IMG/VR virus record: IMGVR_UViG_3300031551_000001
Coordinates: 1 to 64,000 of that record
DNA length: 64,000 nt
Origin: a virus
Reading direction: 5' to 3' (one strand)
The translations under genes and the position numbers were made by a program. Of this stretch, positions 37,693 to 49,088 are shown in pieces (position 1 is the first letter of the stretch; each line of letters begins with the position of its first letter). Under the pieces are notes generated by a model, which had not been told where the DNA came from, did not search any database, and was given only the letters and a program-made list of their open reading frames with translations.

Positions 37693-38403
37693 ATGGACAG
37701 AGAACTTTTTATTGACATTGAAACCATCCCTGCCGGGGAATATCCGAAAATTGAACTACCCCCCAGACCCAAGTTATGGGACGTAAAGGTTGGCAACCGA
37801 AAAGCTGCACTTGCAGAACAATATAGGAAACAACAATATCCGGTTCTCATCCAAAAATGGAATGAACTCAAAGAACAAATTGCCATAAAGGTTGACGAGG
37901 GATATAGAAAACAAGCCCTCGACTCTCATTTTAACAGGATAGTATGTATAGGATATGCATTTGATGATGATAAGCCGGATGCATTAACCGGAACGGAGGA
38001 AGAGATCATTAAATCTTTTCAGGAATTAATAGACAAGAAAGAAAGTAAAAAATATTCTGTTGATATTATTGGACACAACATTCAGGAATTTGATCTTCTA
38101 AACATCTACCACAAAGCGATAAAGTATAACCTTTCCTCCCTGACCAGATTTTTAAGGGGATTTACAGATTATCAGGGTAAAGAACACATAAAAGATGTAA
38201 TGAAGATTTGGGGTTTTTTGAATTACAAGTATTATGTTGCACAGAACGTCATAGCAGAATATCTTGGGGTTCCTTACAGTAAGGATATGGATGGATCAAG
38301 GGTTTTGGATGCATGGAATGACGGGAAGTATCAGGAAATTTATGATTATTGTAAAAAAGATATAGAAACTGTAAGAGGAAATTATCGTAAAATTAATATT
38401 TAA
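37693..38403 (+). CDS. DEDD 3'-5' exonuclease (PolB-exonuclease-like)
   Basis: FIDIETIP, GHNIQEFD, YCKKD. Confidence 0.85.
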   Translation: MDRELFIDIETIPAGEYPKIELPPRPKLWDVKVGNRKAALAEQYRKQQYPVLIQKWNELKEQIAIKVDEGYRKQALDSHFNRIVCIGYAFDDDKPDALTGTEEEIIKSFQELIDKKESKKYSVDIIGHNIQEFDLLNIYHKAIKYNLSSLTRFLRGFTDYQGKEHIKDVMKIWGFLNYKYYVAQNVIAEYLGVPYSKDMDGSRVLDAWNDGKYQEIYDYCKKDIETVRGNYRKINI

Positions 38404-38649
38404 AGACATGAATGGAATAAAATTTTTTTCTGATAAAATTGATGAATTAAGAAGAAGGGGTGATTATTGTAAATATCAATTTATAGAATTACCAAAAGAT
38501 AAGTATAGAAAAATTGAGTTATTTGTAGAGTCTAATATGTTGAATCATGATTTAAAGGAGGGGTTAGAAACAAATTTATTATTAAAAGAGCTTGGTGTCA
38601 TACTTAAGTGTAAATATAATGGGTTTATTTTCTTGATAAAATTAATTTA

Positions 38650-38985
38650 GTGAATTCACGTAACAAAGGACATACATACGAAAGACAAATACGAAAAGAA
38701 CTTCGTAAATATTATTATACAGATTGTGAAACATCAAGGTATTCATCAAGATATACTGATGATATCGAGCATCGCGATTTCACAAAAACAGGATTTCTTG
38801 GGATACAGGCGAAGGCTCTTGAGCGCACACCGCCATATCATGACATTCTATCTGAAATGCCAGATGATGATAAATACAATGTAATTTTCCATAAAAGAAA
38901 TTACAAAGGAGAAGTCGTGGTAATGAAAAAAGAAGATTTTTATGAGTTACTCGACATAATGTTAGCACATGGAGTAAAAATTTAA
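38650..38985 (+). CDS. PD-(D/E)XK Holliday junction resolvase-like protein
   Basis: SRNKGHTYERQIRKEL, D, IQAK. Confidence 0.8.
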   Translation: MNSRNKGHTYERQIRKELRKYYYTDCETSRYSSRYTDDIEHRDFTKTGFLGIQAKALERTPPYHDILSEMPDDDKYNVIFHKRNYKGEVVVMKKEDFYELLDIMLAHGVKI

Positions 38986-39280
38986 TTATGAGCGCAGATA
39001 ATGGAATATATATTGCAAAGTTCCCGGATGGTTATAGGATAACCTGCGCACAGGCTATTGAAAATGTAGATTATTTTCCAGAAGGTTCAAAGAAAAGGAA
39101 AAAAGAACTTAAATCATATTTTGGCGAAAGTGAAATTTATAAAACAGAGCAAGACGCTTTTAATGCTGCTCTTGAATTGTCTGCAAAGATGGAGGAAGAT
39201 GAAGAGGAAAATGGTATGGGATTTTTTGTATTAGAATATGGAATTTGTTATATTGGAGAATATGAGTTGTTTTTATAAAT

Positions 39281-39778
39281 ATGGGTACATTTGTAGCGTA
39301 TAAAGGAGAGCGAGAATCATATTTAGGATGTTGTGTATCTTATATGGATGATGGTCTTTCGCTTGAAATAGAAAACGTACCCATCATTCGCATAAAAGAT
39401 AAATTACTCATTGGCATTATAAATTCGCAACTATTCCACCAATATCTCCTTGTTGATGCCTTAAACTTTCCCCAATATACTTTCCAATCAATACTTGAAT
39501 CCTTAAGGACAATACCGGAAGAAAAAGAATTTGAAAATATAGAACTTCTTATTGTAACAATAGACGGGAATTTTTTACATTGGAAAGGCGGGGTTCTTTA
39601 CCATGTAAAAAACAACTGGATTGCAATAGGGGACGGAAAAGATTATATAATGGGCGCATTATTCGGGATGAAAAGCATGAGTATTCCAGACAAATCCAAG
39701 CTGGAAATAGCTTTAGACAGTGTAAGGGAGTACAGTAAATATACATCCAAAACAATAAAAATAGAGTCGATTGGATAA
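39281..39778 (+). CDS. second, divergent HslV/Ntn-fold protein
   Basis: MGTFVAYK start; WIAIGDGKDYIMGALFG resembles AIGSG..A.GA. Confidence 0.55.
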   Translation: MGTFVAYKGERESYLGCCVSYMDDGLSLEIENVPIIRIKDKLLIGIINSQLFHQYLLVDALNFPQYTFQSILESLRTIPEEKEFENIELLIVTIDGNFLHWKGGVLYHVKNNWIAIGDGKDYIMGALFGMKSMSIPDKSKLEIALDSVREYSKYTSKTIKIESIG

Positions 39779-40634
39779 AGACAGAATAATACAAGCCAGA
39801 AATAGCGACATTACCTCTTATTTGGCAACCAAAGGGCTAAAACCAAAAAGTAAAGGATCGTATTGGATGTATATATCTCCACTACCAAACAGACCATCAA
39901 GAGACACAACAGCTTCTCTTGCGGTAAGCAGAAAATTAAATAAATGGAAGGACTTCGGGAACGATGATAATAAATGGAGAGACGTTATAGATTTGGTAAG
40001 AGAGATTGAGGGTTGCGAATTTGGCAGGGCATTAGATATTCTTCTTGGAGAACAGAAAAGTAATGTTCGTATTTTTACGAAAGACACTGCTCCTGACAAG
40101 GAAAATATACTTATTGTAGAAAGAGGGGAAGTCAAGGATGATGATCTAATAAAATATATTGAAAAAAGATGTGTTGATGTGGAAATTGCAAAGAAATATT
40201 GTAAGCAGATTCATGTACAATTTCCAAACTCTAAGAATGGTAAAACTTATAGATTGATCGGTTTCAAGAATAATCTTGGAGGATATGAATTGAGAAATGG
40301 ATTTTTTAAGATAAGCACACGCCCTAAGTGGTTCACGTTGATCGGAGATTATGGTGATAGGTATGTATTCGAGGGATTTTTTGATTTTTTATCATATCTT
40401 ACAATTAATAAGACGAACACTCCTTTTGGTGTTGCTATTATTCTAAACACCCTAACCATGTTTCCTAATGTTTATAAGTATCTGTCCACCGAAGGGAAAA
40501 ATAATTTATATTTAGATAATGATGAAGCAGCGGACAGGGCAATAAAAAAGCTTGATGATGTAGGGATTAAGTATATAGATCACAGAAATAAATATGCTCA
40601 GCATAACGATATAAACGAATACTTGAAATCATGA
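39771..40634 (+). CDS. DNA primase-like TOPRIM protein (Bacteroidota type)
   Basis: SPL..T.S..V...NKWKDFG, IGFKNNLGGYELRN, FEGFFDFLS, LYLDND, NDINEYL. Confidence 0.88.
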   Translation: MDKDRIIQARNSDITSYLATKGLKPKSKGSYWMYISPLPNRPSRDTTASLAVSRKLNKWKDFGNDDNKWRDVIDLVREIEGCEFGRALDILLGEQKSNVRIFTKDTAPDKENILIVERGEVKDDDLIKYIEKRCVDVEIAKKYCKQIHVQFPNSKNGKTYRLIGFKNNLGGYELRNGFFKISTRPKWFTLIGDYGDRYVFEGFFDFLSYLTINKTNTPFGVAIILNTLTMFPNVYKYLSTEGKNNLYLDNDEAADRAIKKLDDVGIKYIDHRNKYAQHNDINEYLKS

Positions 40635-40893
40635 GAAGAACGCTTGTTGTTGATATGAATTTTCCTGATATTATTTTTACATTATTGGTTGGGGAAGATA
40701 ACAGGGTGTTCCACGTGGAACCAAAATTTGATGAACTGCTTCATGCGGATATTTTTCATATTTATGACCAGCACAAAGACGAAGCCACATTCTCTGAGTC
40801 CATCATCTCATTTGATGAGAAAGAAGGTTTAAAGAAAATGACAGAGAAGAATGCTGAATTAAATAAACTTATTGATGAATTTGCTTTGGAATT

Positions 40894-41655
40894 ATGAAAG
40901 GGTTTAGTAAGAAAGGAAAGAAAAATGAGTTTGAGTTGCTAACACCAATTCGAATAAATTTAGATAAATTTAAGATTGGTCCTAAAACTAATAAAGTTTT
41001 AATAGAGGTATTTCCTGAAGATGTAAGAAAAACTGTTGGGGGAATTATAACTTATGGATTAGAATCATATAACTGGGCTGGTTTTGCTACAAGGAGAGGG
41101 ATTGTTATTCAGGCATGTTCTAATATAACCATAGCTGAAGACGATAGAAGCTCTCAAATTTGGGAGTGTGATGTAGAGGTTGGGGAGGGAGATACTGTAT
41201 ATGTAAATCATTTTGATGCATGGAACAGCTATATTTTTACAGATGATAATAAACGAATAATGAGACTTGTTCCTTACAATGCCATACAGTTGGCAATACG
41301 TGGTAACGAGGTAATTATGTGTAACGGCTACGTACTTTATGAGCAGATAGAAGAAAATGACACGTTTATTATTGCCGGGAAAGAAGTAAAGCGGGTTGGT
41401 AAAAAATATATAGAAAATGAAGGGGTGGTAAAGTATGCGGGAAGTTTAAATCGAAAATATCGAATACCTGGTGATAAAAAAGATTTAAAACGTACAGATT
41501 ATGGTACGGAGGAATTAAAAACGGGAGACAGGTTTTTAATTGAAGATCCACGAAAAACATGGGATTTGGAATCTTATGCGTTTGCAATATTTGACAATAG
41601 AAAAATGTACAAAATCGTTCAGAGGTGGAACATATCGGCGATCTACCCAAGCTAG
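40894..41655 (+). CDS. GroES-like co-chaperonin (two-domain phage type)
   Basis: P..NKVLI, KTVGGII, GIV, VGEGDTV; second GVVKYAG..LKTGD repeat; lies upstream of terminase. Confidence 0.65.
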   Translation: MKGFSKKGKKNEFELLTPIRINLDKFKIGPKTNKVLIEVFPEDVRKTVGGIITYGLESYNWAGFATRRGIVIQACSNITIAEDDRSSQIWECDVEVGEGDTVYVNHFDAWNSYIFTDDNKRIMRLVPYNAIQLAIRGNEVIMCNGYVLYEQIEENDTFIIAGKEVKRVGKKYIENEGVVKYAGSLNRKYRIPGDKKDLKRTDYGTEELKTGDRFLIEDPRKTWDLESYAFAIFDNRKMYKIVQRWNISAIYPS

Positions 41656-41678
41656 TAGTTCTTTTAGTTTTCGTTTTG

Positions 41679-41705
41679 AGCAGAGGCATGTCCTCTGCTT
41701 TTTTT
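41679..41705 (+). terminator. intrinsic terminator
   Basis: AGCAGAGG-CATGT-CCTCTGCT followed by T-run. Confidence 0.85.
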
Positions 41706-41728
41706 ATCTTTGCGAAAACTAACGGATT

Positions 41729-42406
41729 ATGGAAGCAGCAAAATTTACCGCAGATGATTTTCGTGATCAGAGATTTAATGTTTTAGCCAATACAGGCAAA
41801 TCGGTATTACAATCATTTCCTGAACTTAAAAAATATAAAGAATTTTCTATTAAGAGGTCAGATGTGGGCGTAGACCCGGATAAATTAATGAAGTATGCTT
41901 TTCTTATGTATTCAGAGAACATACTTTTCAAAACCATCCCAGACTTGCTCAGGAGAAAAAAACAAGCAGCCCTTCTTGCAGGCTTCGAAATACTCGCCAA
42001 AGGAAAGAAATTCCCAAAAAATGTAGAAGAGATATTTTATTGCAGACCACAACCAACATCACTTCTTTTTGTCAGGGTAATTCTACTTAACAGAAGCCCA
42101 ATGTTTGAACAGTATTGTGTGTATGAACAGGCAAGAGCAATAGAAATGGAAAAACTTCTTCGTTCTGATGTTGGCGTGAAGGAGGTGGGAGAAATCAGAA
42201 AAAATATAGAGTCTTTTACAGACGACATGTCAAAACTTAGAGAAAGGTTGTTTTTAGGAGATGATAGCTCTTCTTTGTTAGATGGCTTATATTACGAACT
42301 TGATAATTTTCAATTAGGCATAAGGCCGGAGGAAATAGCTGAAGCTAAATTAAAAGGAACTTTAAAACAAACATTACCAGACCCATACAACTTGAATAAT
42401 GGATAA
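41729..42406 (+). CDS. putative terminase small subunit
   Basis: Immediately upstream of and overlapping the large subunit; helical, coiled-coil C-terminus; positional call. Confidence 0.5.
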   Translation: MEAAKFTADDFRDQRFNVLANTGKSVLQSFPELKKYKEFSIKRSDVGVDPDKLMKYAFLMYSENILFKTIPDLLRRKKQAALLAGFEILAKGKKFPKNVEEIFYCRPQPTSLLFVRVILLNRSPMFEQYCVYEQARAIEMEKLLRSDVGVKEVGEIRKNIESFTDDMSKLRERLFLGDDSSSLLDGLYYELDNFQLGIRPEEIAEAKLKGTLKQTLPDPYNLNNG

Positions 42407-44693
42407 AGCGGAGGCAATAAGGCATAATAGGGGGAAGGTTGATAAGTGGATTCTTGATGGATATTCAAACGCGGATAAATTTATTTATTATAATGTTGAT
42501 GATCCTGATTTACAAAAATTCAAGATAGCATTACCGGAACCGCCAGATTGGAAACTAATAGATAATTATGGTCTACCGGCAAAAGACCAATATTTCCAAT
42601 ACGAGACATACCCTGAAAAGCTGAAGTATGCAGAACGTTCCGTTAGAGAAATGATGAAAAGAAACAGGAGGAAAAATGAATCCCCATTTCTTTTTGAAAG
42701 GAAGATTTATGATGCTTTATGGAAAGAAATAGAAGATAAACCAGATGAGTATATTTCTGAAATTGATTGGATTAGAAGACAGTGGTATTTTAGGGAATTT
42801 GGAAAATGGGTGTTTATTCATGGCAGGCCAACATTTTTAGACGGGTGGCATTTTTTTTATTTGAATTATTGGCGTTTAGAACAGTTAAAAACAAACGAAG
42901 GGAAACCCACATATTGGGAAAGGGATAGGAAATGGTTTCATGCTGTTAGATATTGTTATACAACTACATTAAGCCCGGAGTATAATTCAGACGGAAGTTT
43001 AATATTATATCCAGATGGCACACCTAAGATGAAGGATATGGGTGCAAGAACTGTTTATGGCCCAAATTTTTTAAAAGGCAGAAGGGTTGGAGATAGTAGC
43101 AAGGGAGAGGATGTAGACGCATGCGAAGTCACAAGTAATTTTGAATTTTATAATGGAATTCAGGGGAATAAAGAAAGTACAGCAAGTGGAATATATGAAG
43201 AAAAGTTTTTACTGGGATTTAAGAAAATGCCATTTTTCTTTAGGCCAATGATGGCCAGCTTTAATTTGGTTAGTGAGGCAAGGTTCACATCCCCTGATTT
43301 TATTGGCGGTTTAAATAGTAAAACAGATTATGCTACTACAGCAAAGAGACATTATTATGATTCAAAGAAAATTAATATATTAAATGTTGATGAACTTGGG
43401 AAAACAGAAGGGGAGAGTGTAGACCAGAGACATGATGTACATAAGCGATGCGTTGCTCTCGGTGGAGAAATAGAGGGATTAATTCTGTGCAAGAGTACTG
43501 TGGATGAAATGGAACTGGTATCTGCGAAGGAATTTCAAAAACTTACACGAGCATCTCACTTCCAAGATAGAATGACTAATGGCCAGACAAGATCTGGTTT
43601 AATAAACTTTTATTTTCCTATCTGGGAATCTTATCAGGGTTTTATAGGTCCTTACGGTGAACCCATCATTGACAGCCCTAAAGATTATCAAATTCCTTAT
43701 ATGTCCAGAATTATTAAAAATAAGGAAGAGAAGATAATGGGTTGTAGGGAATATCTTGAAAAAGAGGAGGCAGACATAAGGGCTAGTGGTGACTTGGTGA
43801 GACTTGCGGGCTGGAAGAGGATGACGCCTAAAAGTTTTAGGGATTGTTTTGCTAATACGGGAAGAAACCAGATTTTTAATTCTGATCTTTTAAACGCAAG
43901 GCTTAATTATCTTGAATTTGAAGCTGATGATAAGATAAGACCAGGAGACATTGTTCCTGTTTCCGGTTTTGGTGGTCCTGTTAAATTTGTAGATAATCCT
44001 AATGGAAGATTTAAAATAAGCTGGCTTCCTTCTGAAGAGCGACAAAGCTTGATTATAGAAGATCAGGGTATAAAAAGACCAGTTTATAAAACTTCCTTCA
44101 TAGCATCCGCAGATGCTTATAGGTTAGAAAAAACAGATGGATATAGGGTTTCTGATGGGGGCGGTGCGGTGTATTATAAACATGATCCGAACAGAGACCC
44201 ATCAACAAAACCAGTATCAGAATATGAAACAGCCCGTTTTGTTTGCACATACGTTTATAGACCCCCAACAAGAGATGAATATGCCAGAGACATGCTTAAT
44301 ATGTGCATTTTATATGGGTCCATGATGTACCCTGAAATGAATGTTTCAATTGTAGCAGATAAGTTTATCGAATGGGGCTTTTCCGGTTATCTTTTGTATG
44401 ATGTTGATATAGCTACCGGGAAAATAAAGAACAATCCTGGGTGGACTACCGCAGGCCCAACCGTTAAGGCAAAAATTTTTAATATTATGAGAGACTGGGT
44501 GAATCTTCATTCTACACGTTGCGAACATCCTGAAGTTATCAGAGAGCTTCTGGATATTGAAGGCCCGGATGATATGAAAAACAGGGATTTATTTGTTGCT
44601 ATGGCTGGTTGTTTAATGGGGCAGGAAAGCATGTATGTTGATATTATGAGAACGTTTGAGGATGAAAAAATAGATGTGACAAAGTGGATATAA
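42399..44693 (+). CDS. terL: terminase large subunit
   Basis: 764 aa; HFFYLNY, Walker A-like KGRRVGDS, Walker B LNVDELGK, nuclease ADAY, EMN, D-motif RDLFVA. Confidence 0.9.
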   Translation: MDKAEAIRHNRGKVDKWILDGYSNADKFIYYNVDDPDLQKFKIALPEPPDWKLIDNYGLPAKDQYFQYETYPEKLKYAERSVREMMKRNRRKNESPFLFERKIYDALWKEIEDKPDEYISEIDWIRRQWYFREFGKWVFIHGRPTFLDGWHFFYLNYWRLEQLKTNEGKPTYWERDRKWFHAVRYCYTTTLSPEYNSDGSLILYPDGTPKMKDMGARTVYGPNFLKGRRVGDSSKGEDVDACEVTSNFEFYNGIQGNKESTASGIYEEKFLLGFKKMPFFFRPMMASFNLVSEARFTSPDFIGGLNSKTDYATTAKRHYYDSKKINILNVDELGKTEGESVDQRHDVHKRCVALGGEIEGLILCKSTVDEMELVSAKEFQKLTRASHFQDRMTNGQTRSGLINFYFPIWESYQGFIGPYGEPIIDSPKDYQIPYMSRIIKNKEEKIMGCREYLEKEEADIRASGDLVRLAGWKRMTPKSFRDCFANTGRNQIFNSDLLNARLNYLEFEADDKIRPGDIVPVSGFGGPVKFVDNPNGRFKISWLPSEERQSLIIEDQGIKRPVYKTSFIASADAYRLEKTDGYRVSDGGGAVYYKHDPNRDPSTKPVSEYETARFVCTYVYRPPTRDEYARDMLNMCILYGSMMYPEMNVSIVADKFIEWGFSGYLLYDVDIATGKIKNNPGWTTAGPTVKAKIFNIMRDWVNLHSTRCEHPEVIRELLDIEGPDDMKNRDLFVAMAGCLMGQESMYVDIMRTFEDEKIDVTKWI

Positions 44694-44725
44694 AATTATC
44701 CGTAAATTTGTAAAAATTTTAAAAC

Positions 44726-47194
44726 ATGCCTTCAATAATTGCTAAGTTATACGAAGACGCGGGGACAAAAAAAGAATACAAAAAAACAGGAAAGTATACC
44801 CTCCCTCTTTACGAAACAATAGACCCAAAGAAAAAAGACACAACAGAATATTGCCGGGACATTACTCGTGCAGCATTTTCTATGCTTATACAGGATAAAA
44901 ATTTTCTTCCTGGTACAGCCTATAGTTATATGCAAACGTTGCGTGATTATGGTAATGGCAACCAAAATGAGTCAAAGTACATTAATATGTTCCTTAATGG
45001 AGCACCCTCTACTTCATCAACCCCCACATCTTCTTCTTCTGATGTGGATGGTGTATGGACAAGCACCGCTAAAGCAAAGAGAAAAGCATTAGAAAATATT
45101 AATACTAAAATAGTAAGTGTTGCTACAAATTTAATGAACGCTATACAGGGGATATTTTCTGTATATGATGAGAATTGTTATGTGAATTCCGTAGATAATT
45201 CTTCCATTGAAGAAGAAGAAAGGAAAATGTATGATATATTGTTTGATGTAAAAAATATTGATTTTTTAAAATCAATAAAAAATCAATACGGCATGGATTT
45301 GAGTGGGGGCAGCCAAATGCCGTCTGATGTTACATTAGAGGAATTGGAGATTTATAAAGATATGGGGGGATTTCGTGGGGAGCATGCTATCGCTGTGGAA
45401 GAGCTTATTAAATATACAGAGTTAATGAGCGATTGGGATTCTATGAAAAAAAGATATGTGAATGATATTGTTAAACTCAATATGATTTCTGGTTTGAGCG
45501 AGTATGATTTGGAGACGTGTGAGGAAAGGTGGAAATATTGTGATCCGGGGAACGTTACTATGCAATATTCTATGGATGGTGGCTTTAAGGACGCAGAATA
45601 TGGTGGTTATTTTGAACTTGTTAAAGTAAGCAAGTTGGTTCAAATGGGATTCCCTTCTAAGGAAATTATTAAATCAGCCAAAAAGTATGCAGGTATGTAT
45701 AATAATATCGCATCTCTTGATTGGGGGAGGTATACTGGGCCATCATCTTATGACAATTCTCTTCTTGATATGCAAGTACCTGTTTATCATCATTTTTGGA
45801 AGGATTGTAATATAGATAGAAAATTAAAGATAAAAGATGGGTATGGTCGGGAAATAAATCATCGAATAGATTTTGGAAAGGAAATAAAACCCATTAGTGA
45901 TTATAGAGCAAAAAAGGGAGTAGAACAATCTGAAATAAAGACCAGAAAAAGGATTGTTTATCAATGTTCTTGGGTAGTTGGCACTGATATGGTTTACAAT
46001 TATGGACCACGACCCAATCAATCCAGAGAAAGCAAAAAAGAACCAATGTTGCCTATTTTTGTTAGGCGAGGGATAAATGATGATCCAACAATGATGTTTG
46101 GATCAATCATAGAAAGTATTATTCCCTATCTTGATAATTTACAAATGGCATGGTTAAAATATCAGGATGCGCTTATTAAATCACATCCGGGTGGATGGGC
46201 ACTAAACTTAAGGTTGCTTAGAAACTTAACTGTTGGCGGAGAGGAAATGTCCGAACTTGAAGCATTTAATATGTTTTATCATACCGGCAGACTTCCTTAT
46301 CAGGACATACCCCTTGGAGAAAGGTATCGTGGAGGAGAAGTATTCCCTATTAAACAGATTGAAGGTAATTTAGGCGCATTGATGGCTGTAACAGCAGAAG
46401 AAATACACAGAAACCTGCAATTCATAGAAAAAGCTACCGGAATAAATCCGGCTCCTCTAGGACAAACACCGCAAGAAGATCAAACAGCCACAGCCACAAG
46501 AATAGCAACAGCAGGAACAAATAATGTTTTAAGACCTTTATTCGATGATATTTTTTCTTTAAAAGAAAAGTTGGCAGATTGTTCTTCTAAAAGAATCCAA
46601 CTTCTTATTCGTAATAATCCGGCCTCTAGAGACGCTTATGATAGGATTATAGGGGGGAGAAAAGTGGAGATGTTAAGGCAGATGGAAAGAAATGGAGCCG
46701 AATATGGGATGTATTTAGAAACCAGGGCTACCGATAAGGAAATACAATCGCTTATGTCGGCAGCAGAAGAAGCATTATCACCGGGAAGGGATGGAAAAAT
46801 ACAAATCAATCTTTCTCAATGGATGTATATATTTGAACAGATACGTTCTGGTGGTAATATTAAAAAGTTATCAAGAGATTTGAGTTTTATGATTCGCAGA
46901 AACGAAGAAATGCAAGCCCAGATAGCAGACAGAAACGTCCAGGCTCAAGCAGGGAGACAGGCAAAACAAGAAAATCTTAAAGCACAGCAAGACCTTATTT
47001 TAAAACAAGCAGATGCTGTTAAGCAAAAAGATGTAGATAACAATAAAGCAAAAAATGAAGCTAAGTTAGAACAATTGAAATCTAACTTGAAATATAAAGA
47101 GAATTTAATGAACACCAAAAAAGAGTTATTAAATGCCATTTCCAACAGACGATACGACAGACAGACTTCTGGAACAGGAGTTGCAGCAAGTTAA
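44726..47194 (+). CDS. portal protein
   Basis: 822 aa directly after terL; ATGIN..LGQ motif and C-terminal coiled-coil barrel. Confidence 0.85.
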   Translation: MPSIIAKLYEDAGTKKEYKKTGKYTLPLYETIDPKKKDTTEYCRDITRAAFSMLIQDKNFLPGTAYSYMQTLRDYGNGNQNESKYINMFLNGAPSTSSTPTSSSSDVDGVWTSTAKAKRKALENINTKIVSVATNLMNAIQGIFSVYDENCYVNSVDNSSIEEEERKMYDILFDVKNIDFLKSIKNQYGMDLSGGSQMPSDVTLEELEIYKDMGGFRGEHAIAVEELIKYTELMSDWDSMKKRYVNDIVKLNMISGLSEYDLETCEERWKYCDPGNVTMQYSMDGGFKDAEYGGYFELVKVSKLVQMGFPSKEIIKSAKKYAGMYNNIASLDWGRYTGPSSYDNSLLDMQVPVYHHFWKDCNIDRKLKIKDGYGREINHRIDFGKEIKPISDYRAKKGVEQSEIKTRKRIVYQCSWVVGTDMVYNYGPRPNQSRESKKEPMLPIFVRRGINDDPTMMFGSIIESIIPYLDNLQMAWLKYQDALIKSHPGGWALNLRLLRNLTVGGEEMSELEAFNMFYHTGRLPYQDIPLGERYRGGEVFPIKQIEGNLGALMAVTAEEIHRNLQFIEKATGINPAPLGQTPQEDQTATATRIATAGTNNVLRPLFDDIFSLKEKLADCSSKRIQLLIRNNPASRDAYDRIIGGRKVEMLRQMERNGAEYGMYLETRATDKEIQSLMSAAEEALSPGRDGKIQINLSQWMYIFEQIRSGGNIKKLSRDLSFMIRRNEEMQAQIADRNVQAQAGRQAKQENLKAQQDLILKQADAVKQKDVDNNKAKNEAKLEQLKSNLKYKENLMNTKKELLNAISNRRYDRQTSGTGVAAS

Positions 47195-47888
47195 TCAAGC
47201 TTTAATAGACGCTACAGACGCAGAAGCTATTATGGCTAAACAAGGCAAAACCCTTATGGATTTTGATTTGGCTACGGAGACAATTAATGTTGGTCGAACA
47301 AAAGCAGCGATGAGAGCAGCAGATAATAAGGTAATTTCTATGCAGAGAGCTTCTCGCATAAGTGGTCAGATACCTGTACGCGAAGGAGAATTTGAGGAAA
47401 GAACAGATGTTCCTAAAAATGAAGAACAGGATGAGTATAAGCTGGCCAGAGAGAGAGTTATGTCTGCACAGGACATTTTAACTCCTGCTTTGTTTAAAAA
47501 ACACCCGGAATCAAAGGGTTTATATGAGTCAATTATAAATAGCGACATAATAGACAGGCAGAAATATTTTGAAGATTTGCCGGATTATTATCTAACATCG
47601 GATGAAGCAGCAAAGGCTATGGGCGGAGGTAAAGAGGGGAAGGAAAAATATATGCAATACACTAAAGATATTGGGTTAACCAGCACTTATTTGAACGAGC
47701 AATTTCCTACGTTATATGAGATAGGGGGAGAAAAGGAAACAGACGCGAATCAAATGCTAAAATACGGCTTAAGAAGTGCATCTCTCACAAGGTATAACAC
47801 AGACCAGCCAAGAACACTTGAGAATATTCGTAAAGAACAGGAAAAGGTTAGAAACTATTTGACAACTAAAGGTTATAGGAAAAAGTAA
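47133..47888 (+). CDS. hypothetical protein in head module
   Basis: 251-aa ORF. Confidence 0.6.
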   Translation: MPFPTDDTTDRLLEQELQQVNQALIDATDAEAIMAKQGKTLMDFDLATETINVGRTKAAMRAADNKVISMQRASRISGQIPVREGEFEERTDVPKNEEQDEYKLARERVMSAQDILTPALFKKHPESKGLYESIINSDIIDRQKYFEDLPDYYLTSDEAAKAMGGGKEGKEKYMQYTKDIGLTSTYLNEQFPTLYEIGGEKETDANQMLKYGLRSASLTRYNTDQPRTLENIRKEQEKVRNYLTTKGYRKK

Positions 47889-48004
47889 GTTGTTCAATTC
47901 CTTATTTATTTGTTTGTTATAAACGTAATTTTTATTGAATAAAGATTAGCGAAAGGGCATTTTTTTTCTTCTACTTATCTTTGTACCAGAAAAAACTAAC
48001 GATT

Positions 48005-49066
48005 ATGTCAGAAACGGAAAATACACAAGAAACTTCTGTGGAAAACACAGAACAAGAAACCGAAGAGACTCAGGAAACCCAATATGATTTAGAAGGGTTT
48101 AACAAGCACTTCGGAAGTGATTTTAAAGATGAAGGTTCTTTGAGAGAATTTTTAAATAGTCCTTCGAAATACGAAGAACAACTCAGCCAAAAAGACACTG
48201 AGTTACAGTCTGCTTTAGAGAGAGCCCAAAAATATGACTACTTTATCGAACACGCAGACCCTAAGAAGCTATATGGTGATGAAGATACAATGCGTTTCGT
48301 ATCGTTGAAACAAAAATTTCCTGATAAGGATTTGTCTCTTATATCACAGGTAGTAAGTCCCAATTTCGAAAAGATGTCTAATGTAGACAAGTTGGTACTC
48401 GCAGATAAGTTTGAGGTCATTGATCCATCACTTTCTGATGAGGACAGAAGGAGGGGAATATTAAGGTCGCTGAGAATTGATGCCGATGATATATCGGAAC
48501 TTACAAAAGAAGATCAATATGTCATATCAAGAGAGGTTGCTAAACACAATGAACTCTTCAAGAGCATAAGAGATCACAAACCTGAAGAGGGAGCTTATAA
48601 TCTTGCAGATGAAATTGAAAAAAACAAGCAGACAAAATCTCAACAATTGGAGGACAGAAAGAAAAAATGGGAACCGATAGCTAAATCCTTGTTGAAGAAT
48701 TTCGAATCTACCAAGGTTTACGATAAAGATGAAAAAGGAAATGATGTTGAAGTCTTTTCATATTCTGTGGATGATACTTTCAGGGAGAAGTTCGCTGAAA
48801 AGTTTCTGGAAGATTTGGTCAATTCAGGGCTTGAACCTACAAAGGAGAACGCCCAACAAGCAATGGCTTATATTGACCAGCAATTCAGAACCTCTTATTT
48901 TGATAAGATAGTTCGTGAAGCGCAGAAAGCAGCAAGAACGAAAGTAGAGGATGAAACTCACAAAGAGATTCATAACGACAGAGAGCAGAACACAACCCAG
49001 AGAGAGGCTGGTGGTGAAATTCCGAAGTCAATAAGGGAAAAATTCGGTGTCCAGAGAAATAAGTAA
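48005..49066 (+). CDS. putative scaffolding protein
   Basis: Acidic N-terminus, helical, directly upstream of the capsid gene; start moved to MSETEN. Confidence 0.6.
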   Translation: MSETENTQETSVENTEQETEETQETQYDLEGFNKHFGSDFKDEGSLREFLNSPSKYEEQLSQKDTELQSALERAQKYDYFIEHADPKKLYGDEDTMRFVSLKQKFPDKDLSLISQVVSPNFEKMSNVDKLVLADKFEVIDPSLSDEDRRRGILRSLRIDADDISELTKEDQYVISREVAKHNELFKSIRDHKPEEGAYNLADEIEKNKQTKSQQLEDRKKKWEPIAKSLLKNFESTKVYDKDEKGNDVEVFSYSVDDTFREKFAEKFLEDLVNSGLEPTKENAQQAMAYIDQQFRTSYFDKIVREAQKAARTKVEDETHKEIHNDREQNTTQREAGGEIPKSIREKFGVQRNK

Positions 49067-49088
49067 TAACTAAAAAACATTTTAAACA

